A stretch of 64,000 nt of DNA from an uncultured delta proteobacterium (GTDB taxonomy: Bacteria > Desulfobacterota > Binatia > UBA9968). A model generated the notes under the pieces. It made no database searches and was not told where the DNA came from. It worked only from the letters and a program-made list of their open reading frames with translations. The DNA is taken from contig CAWDPO010000043.1 in assembly GCA_963804165.1 (NCBI GenBank), positions 320,001 through 384,000 of the forward strand, read 5' to 3'. Shown here piece by piece: positions 9,378 to 21,015 of this stretch (position 1 is the stretch's first letter; each line of letters starts with the position of its first letter). The translations under genes were made by a program, and so were the position numbers.

Positions 9378-11448
9378 ATGTCCAAGCACCGAGTTACCGT
9401 AGACACCGGGGGAACGTTTTCTGACTTTGTCTTTTTCAACGAAGACACGGGGGAAATCACGATTACAAAAGTCCCGTCGACACCGAAAGAACCGTTTCAG
9501 GCGGTGTTGAACGGCGTGAAAGAATTGATCGATCAAGGCGTGTCCGCCGGCGATATTTCGTTTTTTTGCCACGGCACGACCGTCGGCACCAACGCGCTCC
9601 TCGAAGAGAAAGGCGCCAGAACCGGACTCCTCGTCACCCAGGGTTTCCGCGGCATCTATGAAGTCATGGAGCAGACGCGCGGTTACGGCCCGGCGACTTA
9701 CGATCTTTTCTTCGAGAAGCCGCGCTTGCTCGCGCCGCCTTATCTCACCGAAGAGATTCCCGAGCGCGTCGATTTCCGCGGCAATGTGCTTAAACCGATC
9801 GACGTCGAAGCTGCGCGTGAAGCGGTTCGGCGCCTCAAGAAAAAAGGCGTGCAATCGGTGGCCGTCTGCTTTCTCTTTTCGTTTTTGAATCCGGCGCATG
9901 AGCTCAAGATCAAAGAGATCTTCGCGCGAGGAATTTCCCGAAGCGCGGCTGTCGCTTTCCTACGAAGTATTGCCGCAGATCCGCGAGTTCTATCGCCTGA
10001 GCACGACCGTCATCAACGCGTTACATCCAACCGGTCATGGCGAATTATCTAAGCCGTCTCGAAAGCCGCATGCGCGAGATCGGCGTGACCACGCCGAAGC
10101 TTTACATCATGCAATCCAACGGCGGCGTGTCGACGTTCAAAGGCTCCGGCGAAAAACCGGTTGCCACGGTTCTCTCCGGTCCCGCCGGCGGCGTCATCGC
10201 CTCCATGGGTACCTGCGAGCGGGTCGGCATCAACAACATCATCACCTTCGATATGGGCGGCACGAGCTGCGACGTTGCGCTGATCCATCAGGGCAATCCG
10301 GTGATCACCACCCAGGGCAAAATCAATATGCGTCCGATCGCGTTGCCGATGCTCGACATCCACACCGTCAGCGCCGGCGGCGGCACGATCGCGCGCATCG
10401 ACGCCGTCGGCGGATTGCAAGTCGGGCCCGACAGCGCCGGCGCAGATCCAGGGCCGGTTTCATACGACCGCGGCGGCGAAAACATCACGATCACCGACGC
10501 CAATATCGTCACCGGCGTTTTGGACCCGGATCATTTCCTCGGCGGCAGGATGAAGCTCAACAAGCCGAAAGCGGAAAAACTGCTCGAGGAAAAAATCGCC
10601 AAACCGCTCAAGCTCGACTTGCTCGAAGCCGCCGACGGCGTGCTGAAAATCATCAACGCCAAAATGGAGGAAGCGATCAAGGCGGTGTCATCGGCACGCG
10701 GCTACGATATCCGCGACTTCACGCTGGTCGCCTTCGGCGGCGGCGGACCGATGCACGCGGGACGAATGGCGCTCGACTTGGGGATTCCTTCCGTGCTGAT
10801 TCCGCTGACGCCGGGCGTTCATTCGGCGCTGGGCTTGTTAATGTCGGACGTCAAGCATGACTACGTGCGCTCGAAGCTCGTCGGTCTCGACGACCTGGAC
10901 TTAACTGACATCAATGATCTGTTCGATCAGCTGATCGAGCAGGCGAAAACCGAGTTGCATGACGAAGGTTTTAGCGACGACGAGATCAAGATCGAACCCT
11001 ATCTGGATCTGCGCTACGCCGGCCAGGGCTACGAGCTGACTGTTCCCTGCATCATGCCGCCGCTCAAAAAAGAAGATCTTAAAGTGATGCGCCGGCGCTT
11101 CGACACGATGCACGAGCAAAATTCCGGCCATAAAGCCGAAACCGAACCGGTCGAGCTTGTCAGTCTCCGGTTGATTTCCCTCGGGCTGGTGCCGCAGGCT
11201 AAACTTTCGCCGGGAAAAGTTACCGGCCGCAAAATCGAGCAGCCAAAACCGGCGAGCGCAAAGTTTTCTTCGGCAAAGAGCATGGCACGCTGACAACGCA
11301 GATTTACAATCGCGACCTCTTCGAACCAGGCCACAAGATCAGCGGTCCGGCGATCGTCGAACAATTGGACACGACCACGGTGATTCATCCCGAGCAGGAA
11401 GCGACCGTGGACGAATATCGAAATATCATCATTAAGGAGAAGGCATGA
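9378..11448 (+). CDS. hydantoinase A / 5-oxoprolinase ATP-dependent subunit (frameshifted)
   Basis: VDTGGTFSD, HGTTVGTNALLE, SGPAGGV, DMGGTSCD and GAADPGP-like motifs across ORFs 9378-10052, 9898- and 10037-11293; final frame stops at 11448. Confidence 0.92.
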
Positions 11449-11452
11449 AGCG

Positions 11453-11537
11453 TAGGCAACAGGCAACAGGAACAATTGGAACGTGATGCTCTGTTCCAAA
11501 ACTCCAGACTGTTGCCTGACGTGCCAATCGATGCCTG
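11453..11537. repeat. Inverted 7-nt tandem array (AGGCAAC)n ... (GTTGCCT)
   Basis: aggcaacaggcaacaggaaca ... ctgttcc ... ctgttgcctg. Confidence 0.6.
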
Positions 11538-11548
11538 AGGTTTATGCC

Positions 11549-13289
11549 ATGACAGTCGATCCCGTAACTCTACAAGTCATCCAAGCGCGTCTCGCCGGCA
11601 TCGTCCAGGAGATGCAGAACTCGCTGTTCCGCACCGGCTACTCGACGATCATCCGCGAGTCGCAGGACGCGAGCTGCGCGATTTTGAATCGCCAGGGCGA
11701 AGTCGTCGCCCAGCATGTCGTACTGCCGCTGCACATGGGCGCTTTCCCGGCTTGCGCCGCGGGTATTTTCAAAAATTACAGCGTCGACGAGGTGCACGAA
11801 GGCGACGCCTTCATCACCAATCATCCGTATCTCGGCGGCAGCCCGCACGCGCCGGACATGGCCGTGCTCTCGCCGATTTTTTTCCAAGGGGAATGGGTCG
11901 GCTTCGCCGCCAATCTGGCGCACAAGAGCGACATCGGCGGTCCGGTGCCGGGTAGTTGCTGGAGTCAGGCGCGGGAAATTTATCAGGAAGGTCTGCACGT
12001 GCCGCCGATCAAATACGTGCAGCGATATCAAACCAGTAAGGACATCGAAGCGCTGCTCGGCTGCAACAGCCGCACGCCGGAGCTCGTCGTCGGCGATCTG
12101 CGCGGCCAGGTCGGCGCAGCGCGCCTCGGCGAGAGACGCTTCCAGGAAATGATGGAGCGTTACGGCAAAGGAGACCATACTCAACTCATTCGACAGTTGT
12201 TCGCGTTGACCGAAGCCAAGGTGCGCACGGAGATCGCTTCTTGGCCCGACGGCGGCGGCGAAGGCGAACGCTTCGTCGACAGCGACGGCATCGATCTCGA
12301 CAAGCCGGTGCGCCTGCACGTGCGCATGGAGAAAAAAGGCGATCATCTGCTTTTCGATTTCACCGGCTGCGCCGATCAAACCAAAGGCCCGGCGAACATT
12401 CGTCCAACCATCGTGCGCGCGGCCTGCTGTTACCTGCTCACTTGCCTCGTCGATCCCGCGCTCGCGATCAATTACGGCTTGGCCAAGTGCATCGACATCA
12501 AGGTGCGCGAAGGCAGCGTGGTCAATCCGCGCTTTCCCGCGCCGGTGAATACCTACAACCCGACCGTGCACGCGCTGGTGGAATCGTTGCTCGAAGCATC
12601 GAGCCAAATCACGCCGCACAAGAAAGTCGGCGACGGCTGCAGCAGCCGCTCGATCATCATCGGCGGGCGCAGCAATAAGACCGGCAAGGGCTACGTGCAA
12701 TACGAGATCTTCGGCGGCGGCTCCGGCGGCACGGAGCGGCAAAGACGGCGTGTCGGGCACCAACGTGAATCAGTCCAATGCCAAGATCGCGCCGATCGAA
12801 ATCATCGAGTCGGAGTTTGCCACCCGCGTCAGGCGATTTGAGTTGATTGCCGACTCCGGCGGCCCTGGCCAGTTCCGCGGCGGCTTGGGCTTTGTGCGCG
12901 AGTACGAAGTCCTCGACAACGACGCGCGTTTTTCGCTGCGCTCGACCAAACACACGGTCGCGCCCAAAGGCATCGACGGCGGCATGGACGGCAAAACCGG
13001 CCACTGCACGTTAAATCCCGGCAAGCCCGAGGAACGAGTCATCCCGTCGCGCTTCTCCGATCACGTGCTTCATCCCGGCGAAGTTTTCAGCCTCGAAACT
13101 CCCGGCGGCGGCGGTTTGGGCGATGCGCTCGAGCGCGATCCCGAACGAGTCCTCAACGACGTGCGCAACGGCTACGTGACGCTGAAGAGAGCGCGCGAAG
13201 TCTACCGGGTCGCCATCGACGCGGTGGACGGCGATTTCGTGCTGAACGAAGCGCAGACGCGCGAATTGCGCACTCAAAGACAGGCATGA
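11549..13289 (+). CDS. hydantoinase B / oxoprolinase subunit, copy 1 (frameshift near 12730)
   Basis: DPVTLQVI, TGYSTIIRESQDAS, NHPYLGGSPHAPD, AHKSDIGG, DSGGPGQFRGGLG, TPGGGGLG. Confidence 0.92.
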
Positions 13290-13400
13290 GGCGCGAGGCT
13301 TGAGGCATGAGTAAGAATCGAGACCGGCTGCTGATCTTTTCTATACTGCTCGCCATATTCGTTGTATTTCCTCACGCCTCACGCCTGACGCCTCACGCCT
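13282..13400. repeat. Inverted 7-nt tandem array (GAGGCNT)n ... (CCTCACG)n
   Basis: aggcatgaggcgcgaggcttgaggcatgag ... cctcacgcctcacgcctgacgcctcacgcct. Confidence 0.75.
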
Positions 13401-13403
13401 TCC

Positions 13404-15166
13404 ATGTCCGTCGATCCCATCACCTTCAAGTCATCCAAGCCCGCCTGGCCGGTATCGTCCAGGAGATGCAAAACTCGCTCTTCCGCACGGGCTATTCGAC
13501 GATCATTCGAGAGTCGCAGGATGCCAGCTGCGCGATATCTGAATACCGACGGCGAAGTCGTCGCGCAGCACGTCGTGCTGCCGCTCCACATGGGCGCCTT
13601 TCCCGCCTGCGCCGCGGCGATACTCAAGAGCTTTCCGCCGAGTGAAATTCATGAAGGCGACGCCTTCATTATCAACCATCCTTATCTCGGCGGCAGCCCG
13701 CACGCGCCCGACATGGGCGTGCTGACGCCGATCTTTCTACCAGCGCGAATGGGTCGGCTTTGCCGCCAACATGGCGCACAAGAGCGATATCGGCGGCACT
13801 GTGCCGGGCAGCGGTTCCGGCAACGCGCGAGAAATTTACCAGGAAGGGCTCCATCTGCCGCCGGTCAAATTCATGTCCCGGCTGCCAGCCGGTAAAAGAA
13901 ATCGATGCGGTGATCACCGCCAATAGCCGCACGCCGGCGCTGGTGATCGGCGATCTGCGCGGCCAGGTCGGCGCCGCGCGCTTGGGCGAACGGCGAATTG
14001 CCGAGCTGATGGATCGCTACGGCAAGGCCACGGTGCTGGAATCCACTGAGCTATTGTCGGCTTACACCGAAAACCGCGTGCGTCAGGCGATCGCCTCCTG
14101 GCCCGACGGCGAATCCGAAGGCGAGAGCTTCGTCGATCACGACGGCATCGACCTGACGAGGCCGATTCGAATCCATGTAAAAGTTAAAAAACTCGGCGAC
14201 AAACTCCACTTCGATTTTAGCGCTAGCAGCGATCAAACCCAGGGACCGGCGAATATTCGCCCGCCGCTGGTGCGCGCCGCCTGCGCTTACTGCCTGGTCG
14301 CGCTGGTCGATCGCTTTCTGCCGATCAACCAAGGCCTCGCCCGCGATGATCGACGCCACTTTTCGCCAGGGCAGCGTCGTCGATCCGCGTTTCCCGGCGG
14401 CGGTAAATACCTATATGCCGACGGCGCTCACTGTCGCGGAAGCAGTCCTGAGGGCGCTCGCCCCGTTCGTTCCGGAAAAGCGTATCTCCGGCGGCTCGGG
14501 CAGCGCCGCATTGGTACTCGGCGGACGCGACGCCCGGAGCGACCGCGCTTTCGTGCACTACGAAATTTTCAGCGGCGGCACCGGCGCGCGATCCGGTAAA
14601 GACGGCGTCTCGGCGACCGCGTTCCATCTGAGTAATTGCAAGACCGCGCCGATAGAGATCATCGAGTCGGAATTTCCGGCGCGCGTCGAGCGCTTCGAAA
14701 TGATCCCGGACTCCGGCGGCGCCGGCGAATGGCGCGGCGGCTTGGGTTTCGCGCGGGATTATCGCATTCTCGCCGACGACGTGCGTTTTTCCTTGCGCAC
14801 CGACAAGCATGCCGTCGAGCCCTTCGGCAGCTGATCGATGGCCTGCCGGGCGGCAAAGGCGCATTGTATCATCAATCCCGGAAACCAAGGAGCAAAAACA
14901 CCTGCCGTCGCGTTTCGGCGACCACCGCCTGCGCGCGAACGACATCGTCCGCGTCGAGCGCCCCGGTGGCGGCGGGCTTGGCAATCCGCACGCGTGCGTC
15001 CGGTCGAGAGCGTGCTCGAGGACGTGCGCCAAGGCTATGTTTCCGCCGCGCGGGCGCGGTCCGATTACGGGGTCGCAGTCCGGGACGCTCGACGGCGGAA
15101 CCCGAGGTCGACGAGGCCGAAACTCAAGTTTTACGAGGAAAAAAGTTAAAAAAACGTTGGCAATAG
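13404..15166 (+). CDS. hydantoinase B / oxoprolinase subunit, copy 2 (multiple frameshifts)
   Basis: Same motifs as copy 1, spread over several overlapping ORFs. Confidence 0.88.
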
Positions 15167-15224
15167 ACTCGTGCCTCTGCTATACCGATACCTAAATAAT
15201 TTTATTCCTGAAGGAGGAAAACGA

Positions 15225-15497
15225 ATGGCAGCAGCAAAAAAGAAACGCAAACCGAATGCGGCGTTCATGAAACCGGTTCAGCCGGACACCGCGCTCAGCG
15301 CCGTGGTCGGTAACAAACCGATCCCGCGCACTGAGGTGACGAAAAAACTGTGGGCCTATATCAAAAAGAACAGCCTCCAGGACAAGAAAAAAAGAACCAA
15401 CATCAACGCCGATGACAAGCTGAAAGTCGTGTTCGGCGGCAAGAAAACCGTCACGATGTTCGAGATGACCAAGCTGGTCAGCAGACACGTAAAGTAA
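15225..15497 (+). CDS. stand-alone SWIB/MDM2 domain protein
   Basis: NAAFMKPVQPDTALSAVVG..PRTEVTKKLWAYIKKNSLQD..INADDKLK..MFEMTKLVSRH; GGAGG RBS upstream. Confidence 0.93.
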   Translation: MAAAKKKRKPNAAFMKPVQPDTALSAVVGNKPIPRTEVTKKLWAYIKKNSLQDKKKRTNINADDKLKVVFGGKKTVTMFEMTKLVSRHVK

Positions 15498-15673
15498 AAC
15501 TCGCCCCTCTAAACGATTTTCCAAGGCCAAGGGTACCGTGGCGCGGGTGCTCTTGGCCTTTGTGTTTTAAGCATGGCATCCCTGTGAGTAAAGCGCCGTT
15601 GACATGCAAACGAGCCTTCCACTACTGTCGTTTCGTCGGACATTTTGTGGCTCTCGGACGAGGACAACCACCG

Positions 15674-16534
15674 ATGAATGATATCGCGTACAAAGGATTC
15701 CGCCAGGACGAATTGGAGTATCAATACAACCCGCGCGTTTCCGTGCCCGAGTATCCCGAACATGCTAAGGTGAGAGCGGCGCAAGCGCGCAAAGTGCGCG
15801 AGAGCGCGAAGTCGTGGCTCAATGTCGCCTACGGCAGCTCACCCCGCGAGCTCCTCGATATTTACGCGGCGGATAAAGCGGGCGGGCCGGTGCTCGTCTA
15901 CATCCATGGCGGTTACTGGCGCAGCGGCACCAAGGAAGATAATTGCAATTTTGTGCCGACGTTCACCAAGCGCGGTGCCACCGTCGTGCTGGTCGAATAC
16001 GATCTCTGTCCCAAGGTCGCCGTCACCGACATAGTTCGTCAGACGCGTGCAGCCATCGGCTGGACGCATAGGAACATTATCCGCTACGGCGGTGACCCGT
16101 CGAAGTTGTTTGTCGCCGGCCATTCGGCCGGCGGCCATCTAACCGCCATGGCGCTGGCGCACGACTGGGAAAAGGACGGCTTACCGAGCCCTTTGATCAA
16201 AGGCGCGGTCGTTACTTCGGGCGTCTACGATCTCGAAATGGTCATGAAGATCAGCGTGCAGGAGCAGGTGCAGATGACGCCGGACATCGCGAGACAGAAT
16301 AGTCCATTGCTGCACCCGCCGCGCGTGAAGTGCCCGCTAGTTATCGCCGTCGGCGGCGCCGAACCCAAGGGCTGGCAACAGATGTCGGAAGATTATTTCC
16401 AGTTCTGCAGGCAGCACGACGTGAATGTCACCTATCTCGTCGAACCCGAAGCAAACCACTACACCATGACGGAGCGGTTACTCGACGCTAGCCGTCCGGT
16501 AACACAAGCCATCCTAAATCAACTGGGAATCTGA
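15674..16534 (+). CDS. arylformamidase-like alpha/beta hydrolase
   Basis: LEYQYNPR, YIHGGYW, GHSAGGHL, SGVYDL. Confidence 0.85.
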   Translation: MNDIAYKGFRQDELEYQYNPRVSVPEYPEHAKVRAAQARKVRESAKSWLNVAYGSSPRELLDIYAADKAGGPVLVYIHGGYWRSGTKEDNCNFVPTFTKRGATVVLVEYDLCPKVAVTDIVRQTRAAIGWTHRNIIRYGGDPSKLFVAGHSAGGHLTAMALAHDWEKDGLPSPLIKGAVVTSGVYDLEMVMKISVQEQVQMTPDIARQNSPLLHPPRVKCPLVIAVGGAEPKGWQQMSEDYFQFCRQHDVNVTYLVEPEANHYTMTERLLDASRPVTQAILNQLGI

Positions 16535-16542
16535 GGCGCTCC

Positions 16543-16579
16543 AAAAAAACAACGCCCACGGCAAGTCGCTGTGGGCGTT
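16543..16579 (-). terminator. Intrinsic terminator between convergent genes
   Basis: AACGCCCACGGC-AAGTC-GCTGTGGGCGTT stem preceded by an A-tract (U-tract on the minus strand). Confidence 0.75.
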
Positions 16580-16625
16580 ACGATGGACTTAACTGCCAAG
16601 TAATTTGCGTTATTCGAAAAATATC

Positions 16626-17318
16626 TTAGAACCGGTACGTGATCTTTGCTCGAACCACATGCGATGTGTCGTCGAAAGTCGTCGAAGAAGATGGAAAAAA
16701 AAGCGGGATGATCACTTGGGCCGGAAAACTTAGTTTTGTATCCCCAAAACTCATGTACAGATATTCTATTCCAGCGGTCAACTTACTAGCGACTCCATAC
16801 TCCATTCCACCGCCAACCGTCCAGCCAGCGTCGACTTCAGACTTTGATTTTGACCGACTCGCCACCCCGGGGCGCGTCTCCGCGAGCTTATGCTCTAAAT
16901 TCCCGTAGGCGAGACCTGCCGTGCCGTAGAACAAAAATTGATTAATGGCGAACCCGAAACGCGGTCGAAAAGTTCCCACCCAATTTTGTTCGACTTCGTG
17001 GGGCGCGAAATCGACGCCGTTCGCGAACGCAAACATCTTTTTTCTGGTACCGTGCCGCCACGCCATGTCGGCTTCAAGTCCAGCAAAGATGAAGTCGCTT
17101 TGGATTCCGTAGCCGAGGTGCCCACCGCCAATAAAACTGTCTGGATCAAAACCGTTAATCGTCGCCGCGCCGAGAGCGTAACGCGCACTCGTTTTGCCCC
17201 ACGATCCGCCCGCATTGAGACCGGCGCACGCTCCCGACCAATCATAGGTTTGCGCTCGTGACACGCCGAGCAGGCAAATCGCGATCAACGGCGCAACTAC
17301 GGTAACCGCGATTACCAA
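16626..17318 (-). CDS. Omp25/RopB-like outer-membrane beta-barrel protein
   Basis: YDWSG, GGHLGY, RPRFGFAINQFLFYGTAGLAYG, GWTVGGGMEY, terminal YRF. Confidence 0.85.
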   Translation of the reverse strand: MVIAVTVVAPLIAICLLGVSRAQTYDWSGACAGLNAGGSWGKTSARYALGAATINGFDPDSFIGGGHLGYGIQSDFIFAGLEADMAWRHGTRKKMFAFANGVDFAPHEVEQNWVGTFRPRFGFAINQFLFYGTAGLAYGNLEHKLAETRPGVASRSKSKSEVDAGWTVGGGMEYGVASKLTAGIEYLYMSFGDTKLSFPAQVIIPLFFPSSSTTFDDTSHVVRAKITYRF

Positions 17319-17616
17319 TTTGGTCTTATGTCAGAACCCTCGTTACTCTAATATTTCCAATCTTTGCTTGGCTTCCGTATTCCATTCCCAGAGCCCAAAA
17401 AGCGGGCGAGTTCGCGTAAAGACTCCAACACGAGCCATATTGTTACCAGAACCTCAACGACCTGTCTATAAAAAATGCCCCGGGATTCCGTGAATTTCGC
17501 TCACAGAGGAGGCCGATTGGAGGCGACACTCGGGCGGGCTATTCCGTGGCTGCTTGGAAGTTGAATAGGTTTATCGCCGTTTGATAGGAGTGCGTGATCG
17601 CGATTTGGAGCAAACT

Positions 17617-18462
17617 ATGCCGAACGTACATTCGCCCACGGGAGTCGATCTTTATTACGAAACTTATGGTTCCGGACAACCGCTGGTGCTGATCCCGTCG
17701 ACGGCTTTCTCCGCTGAAGTTTGGAAGCCCTATCAGGTGCCTGGATTGTCTAAAGCGTTGAATCTCATCCTTCATGACCCGCGCGGCACGGGACGATCGA
17801 CCGCAAGCCAACAGGTTTACACGATCAATCAAATGGCCAATGACGTGGTGGCGCTGCTCGATCATCTGCAGATCGCTTCGGCGCACGTGCTCGGCCACTC
17901 AATGGGTGGGCGCATCGCTCTGGAGATGGCGCTGAATTTTCCCGGGCGGGTAAAGAGCTTATCATGGCGGCAAGCGGCTCCGGCCGGCACCGAGGCCCGG
18001 ACCGGATTGCATTCCCGGCTTGCCCCACTGGTTGGTGCTCGGGCTGGTGGAAAAAGGATTCGAGAAATTTCTGCGCGACGAGTACTGCGAATCAGATACG
18101 TTCTTTACTCAAGATTTTCGCGCGCGGCATCCGGAGCGAATCGAAGAATTTTTCCAGGTAGCGATGGCGACGCACGCGCGCCTGCCCGAATACATTCACC
18201 TGAGCATCGCCCGCCACAATTGGGAGGCGACCCATCGCCTGGGCGACGTGCGCTGCCCGACGCTGGTGTTGATCGGCAACCAACGATCGCGCCCGCAGCA
18301 ATCACTTGCTCCAGGCCGAAACGCTCAAGAACGCATTCCCGGCGCGGAGATGAAAGTTCTAAAAGGCCAATCGCACGGTTTCTTCTGGCAAGCTCCCGAG
18401 GAAACGAACACATAATTCTTGATTGGGTAAAACGGCACGCCGTCGACAAAATGACTCGTTGA
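17617..18462 (+). CDS. alpha/beta hydrolase, enol-lactonase-like (frameshifted)
   Basis: LYYETYGSGQPLVLI, HDPRGTGRS, GHSMGG; C-terminal part in a shifted frame (18020-18415). Confidence 0.85.
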   Translation: MPNVHSPTGVDLYYETYGSGQPLVLIPSTAFSAEVWKPYQVPGLSKALNLILHDPRGTGRSTASQQVYTINQMANDVVALLDHLQIASAHVLGHSMGGRIALEMALNFPGRVKSLSWRQAAPAGTEARTGLHSRLAPLVGARAGGKRIREISARRVLRIRYVLYSRFSRAASGANRRIFPGSDGDARAPARIHSPEHRPPQLGGDPSPGRRALPDAGVDRQPTIAPAAITCSRPKRSRTHSRRGDESSKRPIARFLLASSRGNEHIILDWVKRHAVDKMTR

Positions 18463-18610
18463 TGCGCTCGCTGAAACAACGCGAATTTCACGTCGCGCAA
18501 CGTCGGACGAGAGATCATGCAGGTATCGTAGTAGCGGGAGATAACACAGGCGATCTTGGACCGATCCGAGGAGTAACGGAATCTTCGAAAAAGAATACTA
18601 GACAAAGAAA

Positions 18611-19492
18611 ATAAACGACAGAAACTTCGTAACCGGCATCGCCCTTCTGTTCGGGAGGAAAAAGATTCCACGACTCGATCCACTGGCGGGTGCGCTCGAA
18701 GGCCGCTTGCGGATAAGGCTCGAAGACAATGCGCTCGCCGGGGCCAAAGCGCCGAATGTCGACCAACGCGTGATATCGCTCGGGCAGCTCTCTCAGGAAA
18801 TAATGTTTGTAAGGTCCGGCTCCAGGTCGATGTCGTGCTGCGCCCGGCGCAACGCCTCGAAGTAGCGCTCGACTTGTTTGAAGTCGGCGTACTGCGTAAC
18901 CAGATGGCCGATCATGAAAGTCGTGTCGACGATCTTTTTGAAACCCAATTGTTCAGCGACATAAAACGGCGCGCCGAAAAGACTTACTGCCGGAACTTGG
19001 CAGTCGACGAGCAACGCTAAGCGGTCGAGCAGCAAACCGCCGAAGTGTAGCTTGATTTCGTCGCGCTTCAAAAAATCGCTCGAGACCCCTGCAACGTCGA
19101 AAAATGACTGCCGGAATGATAGCCGACCGTCACCGAAACGTTGGCGAGATCCTCCGGCTTTTGGATTCGCGACTCCGGCGCCACAAAAATTCCCGACGGC
19201 GAGACGGAGTAAGCGTGGCCCCACATCTTGCCGTGGCCCGCGGAAGCGGCCATGTTGACCGTCCAGTGACAAGCCGCGCTCAGGTTACAGCCGCGCCCGT
19301 CTTCGATCGATTCGAATGCACCGCGCTGGATGTCGCCCGGCGTCGACATCGACGGTCTCGACATCGGCGGACCACGTCACGATCGGCTTGACGAAGAAAT
19401 TCGTAGTCCAGTCCCGCGTCATTGAAATAGCCTTTTTCTTCGGCCACCCACTCTTGTAAGCGCCCATGCGACTGAATGCGGAATTTGCCCAT
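18611..19492 (-). CDS. NMT1-like binding-protein-fold protein without a signal peptide (multiple frameshifts; 3' end approximate)
   Basis: MGKFRIQSHGRLQEWVAEEKGYF.., PESRIQKPEDLANVSVTVGYHSGSHF.., RFGPGERIVFEPY across fragments. Confidence 0.7.
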
Positions 19493-19655
19493 GGTCCTCC
19501 CTCCTCACAATTTACCCTGAACCGAGATCGCGAAAACTGCGTCCCTTTTACTACTTGCGCGTCAGACAATCAAGGCGAAATTCGAGCCATCGCAATTTGC
19601 GACAGTGGACACAGGCTTTTCACTAGGCTAAAAGTTTCCTGGGAGAACGAGATAC

Positions 19656-20551
19656 ATGTCCTACTGTTATCCGCCTGATCCCAACACGCGAAAGCCCAAA
19701 ATCACGCCGCCGACAAAGGCCTGCGACACCCATTTCCATGTCTTCGGCCCGCCCGAACAATTTCCGTTATGTCTCGACCCATGAGTATACGCCGCCGGCG
19801 GCGCCGCTGGAACATTATCTAAAAATGATCGAAGTCGATCGGCATCGAGCGCGCCGTCGTCGTGCAACCAAGCGTGCATGGCCTCGACAATGCGGCGACG
19901 CTCGACGCGATCAAGAATTCGCAGGGTAAGTTTCGCGGAGTCGGTCGCATCGACGACAAGACACCGAAGGGCGAATTCGCAACGACTCCAAGAAGGCGGC
20001 ATCCGCGGCGTGCGTTTCAACCTGCTCGATCGCCCGCGCGGCAACGTGAGACTCGACGTGCTCGACCACTGCGTCGAGAACATCGTCGAACTCGGCTGGT
20101 CGGTGGACCTGCACATCGACATGAAAAATCTGCTCGCCCAGGAAAAACGCATTCGCGACATGCCGGTGCCCGTGGTCATCGATCACATCGCCCGCGTCAA
20201 ACCGGCCGAGGGGATGAGCCAGGCCGGATTTCAATTGCTGCTCGACTTGACTCAAGCTCAAGCACGTCTGGGTCAAAGTGAGCGGCGCGGACAAGATTTG
20301 CGATCCGCCGGTGCATGACTATTACGGGCTGCCGTTCGTCGATGTCATTCCCTATGCTCAAGCCGTCATCGCCGCCGCGCCGGACCGAGTCATCTGGGGC
20401 ACCGACTGGCCGCACTCGAATAATTTCGCGCCGGGCCATACGCCCAACGACGGCGACTTGGTCGATTTACTGGCGTTATTCGCGCCCGACGAGCGCGACG
20501 AGAACAAAAATTCTGGTCGACAATCCCGTCGCCTTGTACGGATTCGAATAG
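19656..20551 (+). CDS. amidohydrolase-2 family, LigI (2-pyrone-4,6-dicarboxylate lactonase)-like (frameshifted)
   Basis: ACDTHFHVFGP, VQPSVHGLDN, GIRGVRFN, VVIDHIAR, WGTDWPH. Confidence 0.85.
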
Positions 20552-20591
20552 ATGATAGAAGCTTAAAATCTGACTAACCGGAGAGCGCAAC

Positions 20592-21011
20592 ATGATCAAA
20601 TTCACCGACGACATGAAGACCGCATCGACAAGGCCTTCGAAGAAAAGAAATATTGCGTTTGGGTAACCACGTCCGACGAAGGTTATCCGGACGTGAGCTT
20701 TCGCGGCAGCACGTTCGTTTACGACGACGAGCATCATCGCCTTCTGGGACCGTTCCCTCGGCCAAAGCACGACCAACCTGGAAAAAAATCCCAACGTCTG
20801 CATGCTCTACTACGACGGCCCGGGCCGCGTCGGCTGGCGTTTCTACGGCAAGGCGACGGTCTACAAAGACGGCGAAATGCGCCAAAATATTCTGAAGCGC
20901 ACGGTCAAAGCCGAGCTCGATAAAGATCCCGAGCGCAAAGGTTACGGCGTGCTCGTGCGCATCGACAAGATCCGCGGCTACAGCGGCTTTACCGTCCTGC
21001 AGGAGCGTTAG
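20592..21011 (+). CDS. pyridoxamine 5'-phosphate oxidase-like FMN-binding protein (frameshifted)
   Basis: EGYPDVSFRGS, NLEKNPNV, GWRFYGKATV, DPERKGYGVLVRID. Confidence 0.75.
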
Positions 21012-21015
21012 ACGT

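Noticed and set aside
9900-15166. Programmed frameshifting or mass pseudogenisation
   Set aside because: Indels are numerous, not at consistent slippery sites, and affect unrelated genes in blocks.
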